Of a stretch of 64,000 bases of DNA, positions 48,651 to 61,271 are shown in pieces. How positions within the stretch are numbered: position 1 is the stretch's first letter; every line of letters begins with the position of its first letter. The notes below the pieces were generated by a model. The model was not told the DNA's origin, ran no database searches, and was given only the letters and a program-made list of their open reading frames with translations. Origin of the DNA: Azolla caroliniana (Eukaryota > Plantae > Polypodiophyta). The DNA is taken from positions 186,001-250,000 of the forward strand of contig JBHGNT010000011.1 of the NCBI GenBank assembly GCA_043228905.1, in the 5' to 3' direction. A program made the position numbers and the translations under genes.

Positions 48651-50194
48651 GTTCACTCCAATTTTTAACTAATGTTGGTGAACTTGGTTTGTTGATCTAG
48701 TGATAGTTCCTTGACATGATAAAAAGAATAATCTCAATAACAACCTTATTTGGTTAACTAGTAACAAGTGGATTGTGAAATCTAAAATGCAATTACCAGG
48801 TCACCATCATGGGAGAATTAGACCTCTCACGATTAATACTTTTAATCTAATTCTTAGCCATAAGCCAAATGTATAAAAGAAACATGGTCATATCGTAATT
48901 TGTAGGATATTGTCTTTTATTAGGTAGCAATAGCTGATGCTTAGTGACTTTCAATGTGAAAGGCCAAAAGCTCTCATGCAAAAAAGGCCTTTGGGTGCCC
49001 CAACTTTGGGGCTATTCCTAGACGTAGTTTTTCTGGCACTCTAATTCATTGAGATATACATATTTTTCACTGGACAATTATTTGTGTAATTAAAACATTT
49101 AAAATGTTTCTTATTAGGTAAATATCTGCTTAATTAAGACAGAATGTTTTGAAATTGGTGGTCATTAAGTGTGTGCTAGTTTTAGTTTTAATTTAGCTTA
49201 AGAAGCCTTTGAAGCTTCCATGATTGGATGGAGTGGAGATGCAAGTGATTTTATGCGTTGAAGTATGATGTCCCTGAACCCATTGGTTAGCCTAGTGTGA
49301 GAATGGTGACCCCTTGGAGTTTGATAGTGACCCTGTAAGTGTTGGCCTCTTCAATGGAAATGGATCGAATTATATTTTCGAAATCTTCCCTAAAATCAAG
49401 TAATTGCAAAAAAAGTGTGAAAGTAAATATAAGTGGATGCAAATCAATAGCACTCATGAAGTCAATCTCAGAGTATAGATTGTACCAATCATAAAAACTA
49501 AACCTTAAATCATATATAGTTATTCCAAATCGAAATACGAATGATAAGTAAAGAATCGATTTGGTATTTCCCTTTTATATTGAAAGGAAGGAGTCACTGC
49601 TAGCAGGGAATAGAATCCAAGGAAAAATCATGGAACTCAAAGCTCCCTTGATCTTTCAATTGACTGAAAAGAGGGGATTTTGTTTCAGACATGCACAAAT
49701 GCTTGCATTATGTCAATGTTGTTGTCAATGACGCAAGAAATCGGACTTTCTAACCATGAAGCCTCATAATTTGTCATCATCTCTGCAACCTCAGAATTGT
49801 TAGATGTTAGCCATTGATCCGGAACCTGCAGATTTACTGTGTCGTGATATAATGAGCTGCTGCTACAAAGATTTCTTCTTGCTGCATCATGAACTATGCT
49901 CGCCGCGGATTGGCTGCTTCTAGATCTCACGCTATCCAACGATTGGCTGCCTTTCTTTATGTCCTGGATAATCCACAAAATAAAACCCCTTGCCTTAATT
50001 ATTAATTTCATATAAAAGAATCCAATTGGAGTAGTAGATCATCAGAACAAGGGTACCTCACCATGTGTCTTAGGGCCATGTCCAGTGGCCTCCCGGACAA
50101 AGTCTTGCTACCTATGAATCCATCTGACTGCCCTTGTTTCTGGACTTGCACAGGAGAGACGGGTAAGATGATTAAAGATTGCTTCTCCGGTCTA

Positions 50195-50225
<31 letters not shown>

Positions 50226-51258
50226 TTTCTAGGATACTGCGTGATGACAGATTTCCATTTGGACTGCTTCGTCCATTTCTTACATTCAATTTCCTGCTAG
50301 GGTTTGAGTTGGAAATGATTTTACGTTGGTCTCCAGCAACAACGAGTGAACTCGATAACCAGCAACAACGAGTGAACTCGATAACCTGCTGAAACGAGTA
50401 AATTGGTGGGCACCACCATCTGCTTGATCTGCAGGCCGTGCTAATGTTGCACTTGAAAGAGTTTCACTCCGATTCGAAATCAAAAATTGAACTTAGACGC
50501 AACAGGAAATAAGAAAGAACACACACTTTACGTGGAAAACCCTGATTTAGGGAAAAACCACGGAACAGAGCTTTCACTATGAGAAATGACAGAATACAAT
50601 CACAGAACAATGAAACCTGATTTGGTATGAGCATGTACTGAAACCACGATTTCAGTCAAGCTCTTCAAACTCTAGCACGCAAGTGACTGTTCCTTCCGAA
50701 GCTTCAGAAGCTTCTCTGTCTTTTTCTCTTTTGCTTCACACTTCTTTTCTTCTTACTTAGCTTCTGAGTACGTATACTCTTACACAGCCACTACTGTGCA
50801 GAAAACCAGTCGTTCTCAGATTTTTTACCACACACACACTACTCGTTTTTCTCTCATATATCTATATCTCACACCCTCACATTCGCTATGTAGGTTTTCC
50901 CCTTTTCTCACTATTTCACTCTTAGTGAGTTATCCCACATACAGGCGCACTACCAGGCCTGTCAGCATATATATACTAAGTCATTTTCTTCTTTGAATGT
51001 AGAAGACATATGTATATGTATATGTGTGTCTATTCGACTGAGTACGAATTTGACTCTCTCACCGAATTCGATTAGCTAACCCCCGATTCGGTTCTTCGCA
51101 ATTGACTATTCTTTTACTTTCCGAATTTCGACCAAATTCGGTAATTTGGTTTTTCGGCCGATTTCAGTGATTCGACTCTAATCGGCTTTTCGACCGATTT
51201 CGACCAGTCGACACTCAAGTCGACTTTTCGGCCGACTCCCCCGCAAGGAGGGACGCCT

Positions 51259-54203
51259 TTACACAACAAACTCCCCCTTCACTCCTGTAGGGGGAGAACC
51301 AACCAAGCCAATCTTATTCCGGCATGCAACAAGTTTTTCTATAGGCAAAATTTTTGTGAGCATGTCTGAGCCATTTTCTTCAGTGGGGATCTTAGATAGA
51401 ACAAACTCATTTTCTTCCACTCTTTCTCTTAACCAATGGTACCTTCTTTGAATGTGCTTTGTACGAGAGTGGTAGGTAGCATTTTTAGCCAGATGGATAG
51501 CACTTTGATTGTCACAATGAAGTAAGTACTTGTCTTGCTTCAATCCTAGTTCATTCAAGAACTCTCTCATCCAAATCAGTTCTTTTCCGGCTTCCACTGC
51601 AGCCATATACTCAGCCTCGGTGGTAGACAAAGCCACAACCTTTTGCAATCTTGATTGCCATGACACAGCTCCCCCTGAATACGTCATCACATACCCTGAT
51701 GTGGATCGGCTAGAATCTACATCACCCGACATGTCAAAATCTGTAAAACCTTCTAGCACAGGTTTCCCGGAGCCATATCTAAGACATACATTCGAAGTTC
51801 CTTTGAGGTATCTAAGAATCCATTTCACAGCTTCCCAATGCTCCCTTCCAGGATTTCCCATGTATCGACTAACTGTCCCGACAGCAAATGCAATGTCCGG
51901 CCTTGTGCAAACCATAGCATACATAAGGCTACCAACCGCAGAGGCATACGGCACTCTTCTCATCTCTGCCTTATCTTTCTCAGATTTCGGACATTGTCCT
52001 GAATTTAACTTACAGTCCATTGGCAATGGAGATCCGATTGATTTTGCATCGCACATATTAAACCTTTGCAAAACTTTTGTCACATATTTCTCTTGTGACA
52101 GCCATAGCAAGTTTTCAGTCCTGTCCCGGACTATATGCATTCCCAAAATCTGTTTTGCCGGTCCTAAGTCTTTCATGGCAAATGATTTGCTCAATGATTT
52201 CTTCAAGCTTGCAATCTTTTTGACATCTTGTCCAACAACTAACATATCATCCACATACAACAACAGAATAAGAAAGTCACCCTCATTATACCTTTTCACA
52301 AATACACAATGATCAGCTTGTGTTTTGTGGAATCCATGTTCCAACATAAAGGACTCAAATTTCTTATACCATTGTCGTGGAGCTTGCTTTAAACCATACA
52401 AGCTTTTCTTCAACCTACACACGAGATTTTCTTTTCCTTTTACCTCAAAGCCCTCCGGTTGTTGCATATAGATTTCCTCTTCTAGCTCACCATGCAAGAA
52501 GGCTGTTTTAACATCTAATTGTTCAATTTCAAGATTCATACTAGCGGCCATACTCAAGACAGTCCGAATAGAGGTCATTTTTACAACTGGGGCAAAAATC
52601 TCATCAAAGTCAACACCCTTTTTCTGTTGGAAACCCTTTACGACGATATGGGCCTTATACCTGGGTGTATTACCATCTTCACCAGTCTTTAATTTGTAGA
52701 CCCATTTGTTTCTAAGTGCCTTCTTACCATCAAGCAACTCCATCAGCTCATAAGTTAGGTTCTCATGCAAGGAATCCATTTCTTCTTGCATGGCTTTATA
52801 CCATTTCTCCTTGTGTACATCAGTCATGGCCTCTTCATAGCATTCTGGTTCCCCTTCATCAGTCAAGAGAACATATTGACTGGCTGGATATCTAGAAGAG
52901 ACCTTCCTTTGTCTTCGTGGATATCTTCTCCCTTCAATAATTGGCTGATGGCCGTTTTCTTCCAGCAACTCATCTTCCGACTCCAGTTCGTGTGTATCAG
53001 TCAGATGTTGGGTGTCGACCGACTCAGATTGTTGTTGGGTGTCGACCGACTCAAATTCAATTTCATTAGCCGATTGTTGTGTGGGAGTCGGATCGACTAG
53101 TATTGACTCCATAGCAGTGATCGATTTGGGAGACGACTCTGGTCTTTGTTGCTCCCAATCCTCGATTGTCTTGTCTTCCATGAATATGACATCTCGACTT
53201 CTTATCACTTTCTTGTCAAGGAGATCCCACATTCTGTACCCGAACTCGTCTTCCGAGTACCCCAAGAATATACAAGGTTTGGACTTGCTGTCCAGTTTTG
53301 ACCTCTGATCTTTAGCAACATGTACATAGGCCAAACATCCAAACACCTTTAAGTGCTGATAAGACACATTTCTTCTTGTCCACACTCTTTGTGGTACATC
53401 CCCCTTCAAAAGCACTGATGGAGACCTGTTTATGAGATAAACAGCCGTCAACATTGCTTCAGCCCAATATGATTTTGGCAATTTTGCATGTGCCAACATG
53501 CTTCTTACCCTTTCAATTATGGTTCGATTCATTCTTTCTGCTAGACCATTTAGCTCAGGTGTCTTCGGCACCATATACTCAAGTTTGATGCCTTGAGTCT
53601 TGCAATACATCTCAAATTGGCCTCTATATTCGCCACCATTATCTGTCCGGACAGCCTTCAGCTTCTGTCCAGATTCTCTTTCTGCCCTAGCATGAAACTC
53701 TTTAAAGACCTACAAAACTTGGTCTTTAGACACCAACACATAAGCCCACACTTTCCTACTGAAGTCATCAATAAATGTGACAAAGTATTGTCCTCCACAA
53801 TGAGATGGGGCATCAACATAACATACATCGGTGTGAACCAACTCTAAGGCATGCTCTCTCCTCATTGGAGGCCTAGAGTGAAACGCTGTTCTATTTTGTT
53901 TTCCAGCCAGGCAATCCACACACTTTTCCAAATGCACTCCTTTCACCTCTGGTAGGAAATCCTTTTCCGCAAGGATATGCATTCCCCTTTCACTCATATG
54001 TCCGAGCCTTTTATGCCACAACTCACCATCTGAGCCAGCCACTACATTTGCTTCCTCTCGACACAACTTCCCATGCATTACATATAGTGTGTTCTGTTTT
54101 TGGGCTCGAGCCACGATCAGGCTCCCTTTACAGAACTTCCATGAACCATTTTGGAAGCCACCGTTGTACCCTTCATCGTCTAGCCGTCCAGCCGATATCA
54201 AGT
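51259..54203 (-). pseudogene. pol: Copia pol (INT, RT, RNase H); one stop near 53710, then a 783-aa open frame
   Basis: LWHKRLGH, FIDDFSRK, NGLAERMNRT, LLYVDDML, HSRTKHIQRRYHW. Confidence 0.9.
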
Positions 54204-55295
54204 TCAACTGACATCCGGAACATGACGTACATCCTTCAACATTAACCTGCAGCCTGTAGATGTTAGCAAGCACACAGTTCCTATGCCCACAATCTTGCAT
54301 TCCCCGTCATTTCCCATCTTTACATGACCATAGTCACCCGCTGTGTAGGATGAGAAACATTCTCTTTTGGGAGTTAGGTGAAATGATGCACCGGAATCCA
54401 CTACCCATGAGCTCTCAGCACTTGCAAGATTCACACTAGCTTGTTCACATATGAACAACATCTCTTCCTCACTAGTTGCGATGGCTGAGGTATTTTTATC
54501 ATCGGAGATTTTTCTAGGTTCGATCTCATCAGCCATGCCTTTGTCCTTCCTAAGGTGTCGACAATTCTTTTGGAAGTGGCCAGGCTTCCCACAATAAAAA
54601 CATGTAGGTCTTCCTCTAGATTTCGACCTAAACCTATCCCCATTTTCTAGACTTCTATGTTCTCTTCTACCTCTACTAAATTCTTGGGTCACATTAGCCT
54701 CCGATTGAGATAAAGCACTTTTATCCTTTCTTCTTGTCTCTTCATTTAGAATAGTCGTTTTTACTACTTGTAAGGATAAGTTGTCTTCTTTACATGAAGT
54801 GCTGAGTGTTACTATTAGGTTTTCCCAACTAACGGGTAGAGTACATAATAATAGTGTGGCCTGCATACAATCATCTAATGGGAACTTCGATGATGCTAAC
54901 TGATTCACTAGTCCCATAAACGCACTAATGTGCTCTACTATACTCTCTCCGTCTACATACTTCAGTCTCACTATCTTCCTCATCAAGAAGGTCTTATTTA
55001 AAGCATTTTTCCTTTCATAGAGAGCGGAAAGCTTATGCCATAGCTCGAAGGCATTTGTGTCACTCGCTACATGTTGTAGGACACTAATGTCTACACATTG
55101 TCTTATGGTCGCCACTGCCTTCCTATTTAGGATTCTCCACTCCGAATCTATTACCCCCTTTGGTATATCCTTGTTTTCTATAGGCTCATACAAGTCTTTT
55201 ACTATTAGGAGATCTTCCATTTTGATCTTCCAATCTGAATAGTTTTGTGAGTTCAAGACAATCATCCCAGGAAAGCCACTCACGCTCCCTTCCAT
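54204..55295 (-). CDS. gag: Copia gag-protease (frameshift near 54210)
   Basis: CFYCGKPGHFQKNC and WVVDSGASFH. Confidence 0.88.
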   Translation of the reverse strand: MEGSVSGFPGMIVLNSQNYSDWKIKMEDLLIVKDLYEPIENKDIPKGVIDSEWRILNRKAVATIRQCVDISVLQHVASDTNAFELWHKLSALYERKNALNKTFLMRKIVRLKYVDGESIVEHISAFMGLVNQLASSKFPLDDCMQATLLLCTLPVSWENLIVTLSTSCKEDNLSLQVVKTTILNEETRRKDKSALSQSEANVTQEFSRGRREHRSLENGDRFRSKSRGRPTCFYCGKPGHFQKNCRHLRKDKGMADEIEPRKISDDKNTSAIATSEEEMLFICEQASVNLASAESSWVVDSGASFHLTPKRECFSSYTAGDYGHVKMGNDGECKIVGIGTVCLLTSTGCRLMLKDVRHVPDVS

Positions 55296-56839
55296 CTAGA
55301 ACCTATGCTCTGATACCAGTTTGAAAGAGTTTCACTCCGATTCGAAATCAGAAATTGAACTTAGACACAACAGGAAATAAGAAAGAACACACACTTTACG
55401 TGGAAAACCCTGATTTAGGGAAAAACCACGGAACAGAGCTTTCACTATGAGAAATGACAGAATACAATCACAGAACAATGAAACCTGATTTGGTATGAGC
55501 ATGTACTGAAACCACGATTTCAGTCAAGCTCTTCAAACTCTAGCACGCAGGTGACTGTTCCTTCCGAAGCTTCAGAAGCTTCTCTGTCTTTTTCTCTTTT
55601 GCTTCACACTTCTTTTCTTCTTACTTAGCTTCTGAGTACGTATACTCTTACACAGCCACTACTGTGCAGAAAACCAGTCGTTCTCAGATTTTTTACCACA
55701 CACACTACTCGTTTTTCTCTCATATATCTATATCTCACACCCTCACATACGCTATGTAGGTTTTCCCCTTTTCTCACTATTTCACTCTTAGTGAGTTATC
55801 CCACATACAGGCGCACTACCAGGCCTGTCAGCATATATATACTAAGTCATTTTCTTCTTTGAATGTAGAAGACATATGTATATGTATATGTGTGTCTATT
55901 CGACTGAGTACGAATTTGACTCTCTCACCGAATTCGATTAGCTAACCCCCGATTCGGTTCTTCGCAATTGACTATTCTTTTACTTTCCGAATTTCGACCA
56001 AATTCGGTAATTTGGTTTTTCGGCCGATTTCAGTGATTCGACTCTAATCGGCTTTTCGACCGATTTCGACTAGTCGACACTCAAGTCGACTTTTCGGCCG
56101 ACTCCCCCGCAAGGAGGGACGCCTTTACACAACAGCACTTGGCATTCCTGATTTCGACAACATTAATGTTGCCCTGCTTGCGCGCCAGATGTTGAGAGCT
56201 TTGTTTGGGGTGGATCTTTTCCACATAATAAACCTGGGGCAATGCCATTCTTTTTGGATCTGATATCTGGGGAATTCGAACCAGATCTTCTTGAACTTGT
56301 AGCAATTGCAGCCGATTGCGATTTAGGTCTAGGTCTAGCAGCCTGCAATGCAGTATGTTTGGATTGTGCTTTACTAGCAAAAGATTTGCCTGTAATTTCA
56401 ATGGGATTGGGAGTGCAAGTCGTAGTAACTAATGTCTTAGCTGGTGTGGATGGTCTACTTGAGCTGCAGGAGGGAGCAGAAGAAGTTGGCATGCAGTGCT
56501 TGGTAAGGTTCCATGGAGTACTGCTCATATTCTCTCTCGGAATTGTTATAATGGATGATGAGGACGAGGCAGTAGATCGAGTCAGAGGAGGTTGCGGGAA
56601 GCTCGATCGAGTGAAAACACTTCTCTTCACATTAACTGGTGGTGTCCTGGGCTGGGGAATGGACCTCTTGATTGTTTCTTTCTGTGTATAATTTTCAGCT
56701 AATAATTCTGCTGTCAGGGTTACTTCTGACATGGTGATTTCCAGCTGAAACAATACATATTCTTCAGATCGTGAAGTGTGGGGTATTTCCACTCAAGTGG
56801 AACCCACAACTGAGTAATTTGTATATATATATATATACA

Positions 56840-57292
56840 CGTTAGGACAAGATCTTGTATATACAGATGAGTGAATAAAAAAAAATTAGAGACAGAGCGT
56901 GAGAATGAGAGCATTTTACAAACGAGGAGAACGAGATTTAGTGAGGGGCTGTTTGTGTCGCCTACAAGCTCATACCCCACAACTGGAGTGCGGCTTTCCT
57001 GTCCGTCTAAAGAACGCTCTCTCTCGCACTCTGTCTCTAATTCTTCTGTCTTCTTGTTGTTCTATCAAGGTTGTTGCCTCAACGCACATGTATTTTCTCT
57101 AGTGAAAACTAGAGAGGTTGTTCTCAGTTATACTTTGAAGATAGTTAAAGTTTGGTACCCTAAGGGTCTTGTGGTTTTTCCTGATTTAGGTTTTCCACGT
57201 AAAATCTGGTGTACTCTGTATTTGTTTTTTAGTTCTGCCTGTCATTTGCTGTGTTGGTTGTCCAAGCTAATCCCAATTCCTAGTTTCTAACA
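56840..57292 (+). repeat. Probable solo LTR (Tork-like) in an intron of the BPP-like gene
   Basis: CGTTAG...CTAACA ends; GTGGTTTTTCC-TGATTTAGG-TTTTCCACGT motif shared with the LTR at 50530-50562; no clean TSD. Confidence 0.55.
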
Positions 57293-58409
57293 TGAATGTA
57301 CATTTTGGGCCCAAAGATCAAAATGATAGTTTCTTTTTCCTGTCAAGCCTAAATTTTAAATCCAATCCTTAATCTTCCATCCTTCATGTTAATTTAGGAT
57401 ACAGAAGATGCACTTACCCTAGAAGCTGGCATTGATCTGTCGAGTCTACTGGTCATGGCCGTTTCAGGATTAATGGAGGTTGCTGTAGTACCATTACAGA
57501 TGATATTGTTACAAGCAGCATGTTCTCCACCATTACTGATAGACGCTGGCGCCTTCGAGCTGGATTCCCTAGTCATGAGCCTGCGCCATGAACCCATGCT
57601 TATTATCATTCTCATTATGAGGGAGAATCAGAGGGAACTCACCAGCAATACTCATTCTCATCCCAATCAGACGACGCATTGCAGGAGATGTCCTGATCTC
57701 CCAGCGCATGAGTAGCAGCCCTAGGTCCTGAATTAGGGATGCTCTATGATCTTCTGTCTTCTGCATTTCAAGGAAAAGATGAAGAAGGTTTTCATCGTCT
57801 CTTTCGTGATGATGATGAGAATGCAGGGCGACAGTAAAATCATCGCCATGGTTCCTACAATTAAAAACACATCAACAGCTTTCAGGAGAAATCGAAACGG
57901 AGGCTTGATCTCGGGCACTTGCAGCAGCAGAAAGCTGCATATATGCAGTAGAAAACGCCATGATTCATCACGCAGCAGGCATGAAGCCCATAGATTGGAC
58001 AGACTCGGCAAATCGATGGTAGGTAATGGAGAAAGAGAGGAGACATCGTGGTCCAGAAATGGACCAGAAGTGGACTACAACCAAACATGGTCCATCGCCA
58101 TCGCCATGACCTTCTGTTCAAATGAATAAATCATTTTCAAAATGCGACTTAAATGGTTTGGCGGTTTAAACGGCCTCCAACCACGGCCTAAATAGTTTGA
58201 AGCGTTCACACAATTTAAATGGTTTAGGGTTAGGACATTTCAAAAAATGTTTATTAAATATTACGTAGCCGTAGCCTATTAACATAACAAGTTATAACAT
58301 TTAAGGTCTAAGCTTTTCTTCTTTGCTCAGCTTGTGAGTAGAAGACTTTTAGTTAGAAAAATCTTTGATAAAGTATTGTTCAAAAGTTTAAATGACACAT
58401 GATCAACTA

Positions 58410-58529
<120 letters not shown>

Positions 58530-58764
58530 TCAATTCAATGGTACAAGATGACCTTGCATAAAGTTTCTCAAAGAACTTCCCATATAAAGGGATCCCACTT
58601 TCTAATCATACTCCTAGTAGCCCATAGATTATGATCAAGACGTCGCCTAATCAAGTTACAAATCATGAGGGCTTGGAAAAGCTAAATGGTTGAATCTCGG
58701 GGTAGTCCACAATGCACATTGATGTAACGACAAAGACAGGCCTACCATTATAACTAATAACACA

Positions 58765-60903
58765 AAATATTGTTTTGTGAACTATTCAGAAATGGAAATG
58801 GATTCCGATGCTTCATTCCACCTAACTCCCAAAAGAGAATGTTTGTCATCTTACACAGTCGGTGACTATGGCTACGTAAGGATGGGAAATGATGGTGAAT
58901 GCAAGATTGTGGGCATAGGAAATGTGTGTTTGCTAACAACTATTGGCTGCAGGTTAACGTTGAGAGATGTACGCCATGTTCCAGATGTCAAATTGAATTT
59001 TATATCAGCTGAACGGCTAGACGACGAAAGCTATAGTGGTGGCTTTCGAAATGGTACGTGGAAGTTCTGTAAAGGGAGCTTGATTGTGGCTCGAGCTAAA
59101 AAACAGAACACATTGTATGTAATGCATGCCAAATTTTGCCGAGATGAAGCCAATGTAGTGGGTGACTCAGATGGTGAGTTGTGGCATAAACGACTCGGGC
59201 ACATGAGCGAAAGGGGAATGCATATCCTTGCTGAAAAGGATTTTCTACCAAAGGTGAAAGGAATACACCTTGAAAAATGTGTGGACTACTTGGCTAGAAA
59301 GCAAAATAGAACAACCTTTCACTCTAGATCTTCGATGAGAAGAGAGCATGCCTTAGAACTAGTTTACACAAATGTGCGTTATGTGGATGCCCCATCACAC
59401 CGTTGTTGCAGAAATCCACGAGTACGTGTAGGATCCTAGGTGGGACCACGAGGGTCTTGGACTAGGGAGTAGAGGAGAAATGGACGCTTAGCTCAAGAGG
59501 AGAGGAGAAAGAATAGGACATTAACATAGAATGGATGGAGGCAAGATACACAAAAAAATTATATTAAGAATCTACAAACGATTACAACCATGGCCGCATA
59601 GGCCAAACCAAACGACAACAAGAAACCCTAACTAGATAAGTAAAGAAAAAGAGTAAAACCCTAAACGAAACCCTAAAACCGAAATAGGAAGAAGAAGAAC
59701 TCTAGAACTAAGTGGTATACCTTTCACACTCAAAATAGGCAACCCCTTCACAAGTAACCCCTCCCTTCCTTTTATAGCCCAAGGAGGGAGCGACATTACA
59801 ATGTGGGATAAATACTCCCCTCTTTATTCTATACACCATTTTCTATTATACATGTGCACATGTTGCACACCGTCAACTTGCTCATTCCATCTCGGTTTCA
59901 CATCGTAGTCGGAAATCTTCACAACACTGCGATGGACAATACTTCATCACATTTATTGATGACTTCAGCAGAAAGGTGTGGGTTTATGTGTTGGTGTCTA
60001 GAGTCCAAGTGTTGTTGGTCTTTAAAGAGTTTCACGCAAAGGTAGAAAGGGAATCTGGACAGAAGTTGAAGGCTGTCCGGACAAATAATGGTGGTGAGTA
60101 TAGAGGCCAAATTGAGATGTATTGCAAAAGTCAAGGCATCAAACTTGAGTATATAGTGTCGAAGACACCTGAGCTAAATGGTCTAGCAGAGAGAATGAAC
60201 CGAACTATAATGGAAAAAGTAAGAAGCATGTTGGCGCATGCAAAATTAAGAAGTAAGAAGCATGTTGACGGTTGTTTATCTCATAAACAGGTCTCCATCA
60301 GTGCCCCTGAAGGGGAATGCACCACAGAGGGTGTGGACATGAAGGAATGTGTCTTATCAACACTTAAATGTGTTTGGATGCTTGGCCTATGTACATGTTG
60401 CTAAAGATCAAAGGTCAAAGCTGGACAGCAAGTCCAAACCTTGTATATTCTTGGAGTACTCATAAGACAAGTTTGGGTATGGGATGTGGGATCTCCTTGA
60501 TAAGAAGGTGATAAGAAGTCGTGATGTTATATTCATGGAAGATAAGACAATCAAAGACTAGAAACTGTAGAGACCAAAGTCGTCTTCCCAATCGAATACC
60601 GCTACAGAGTTGACACTAGTCGATCTCACTCCCACACAACCAATCATTAGACAACAACCGGCTGATGAAGCCGAACTTGAGTTGGCCGACACTCAACAAC
60701 AAATTGATGCACACGAATCTGACTCAAAAGATGAGTTGTTGGAAGAAATTGAATCTGAGCTAGTTATTGAAGGAAGAAGATATCCACAAAGACAAAGGAA
60801 GGCCTCCTCTCTTTATCCAGCCAGTCAATATATCCTCTTGACTGATGAAGGGGAACCAAAATGCTATGAAGAGGCCATGACTGATGTACACAAAGATAAA
60901 TGG
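58765..60903 (+). mobile_element. Decayed internal fragment (PR-INT-linker) of the Tork-like family, no LTRs seen
   Basis: MDSDASFHLTPKREC, LWHKRLGHMSE, NGLAERMNRT; close paralog of 52800-54400. Confidence 0.88.
59401..59923. repeat. Solo LTR-like insertion within the integrase fragment, probable TSD ACAC
   Basis: Coding DAPSH|CDGQYF resumes after the insert; ends ...TTCACA. Confidence 0.6.
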
Positions 60904-61229
60904 TGTTAAGAATCAAGCTCAACTTGGTCTAGTGTGTGAACTCACCTTGAGAGTGAATAGACACTCCAATGGTCAAGAGTCACCATTATGTCACCACTTT
61001 GTATTCTGACATTTTGTTTGAGTCATAGAATCACATTCTATGACACATAACTTATGAGCTTTCACATTACCCATGCTCCATGAGTCTTGTAGTTAATGAA
61101 GAGAGAGGGTGACTATATAAAGCTCCCTCCTCCCACCTTGTAAAATGTTGAGTCTTTCTCCTTTGTTAATATACTTTACCTTGCGTATTCTCTGTGTCTT
61201 ACTTCGTGACTCTCTCACTCACTCACTCA

Positions 61230-61271
<42 letters not shown>

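Larger units (their letters stand above)
50454..56134 (-). mobile_element. Young full-length Tnt1/Tork-like Copia; LTRs 50454-51268 and 55322-56134 (about 5 substitutions and a 2-bp indel); TSD GCACT
   Basis: GCACT at 50449-50453 and 56135-56139; PBS 55307-55318; PPT next to 51268. Confidence 0.96.
49685..57860 (-). pseudogene. BPP-like (basic proline-rich, microtubule-associated) gene, disrupted; exons about 57860-57418, 56744-50062 (split by Copia) and 49963-49685
   Basis: ERDDENLLHLFLEM, S/P/T-rich SRPSTP core, LDMALRHM|DIKK across a GT-AG intron; frameshifts, a 26-bp duplication at about 50335-50386 and an LTR element in the exon. Confidence 0.65.

Noticed and set aside
51530-52312. 260-aa antisense ORF in the young Copia
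   Set aside because: Codon-aligned mirror of RT-RNase H, common in Copia elements; no domain evidence
57882-58129. Possible missing first exon of LESV
   Set aside because: No LESV similarity; it lies upstream of the BPP-like gene and has early stops
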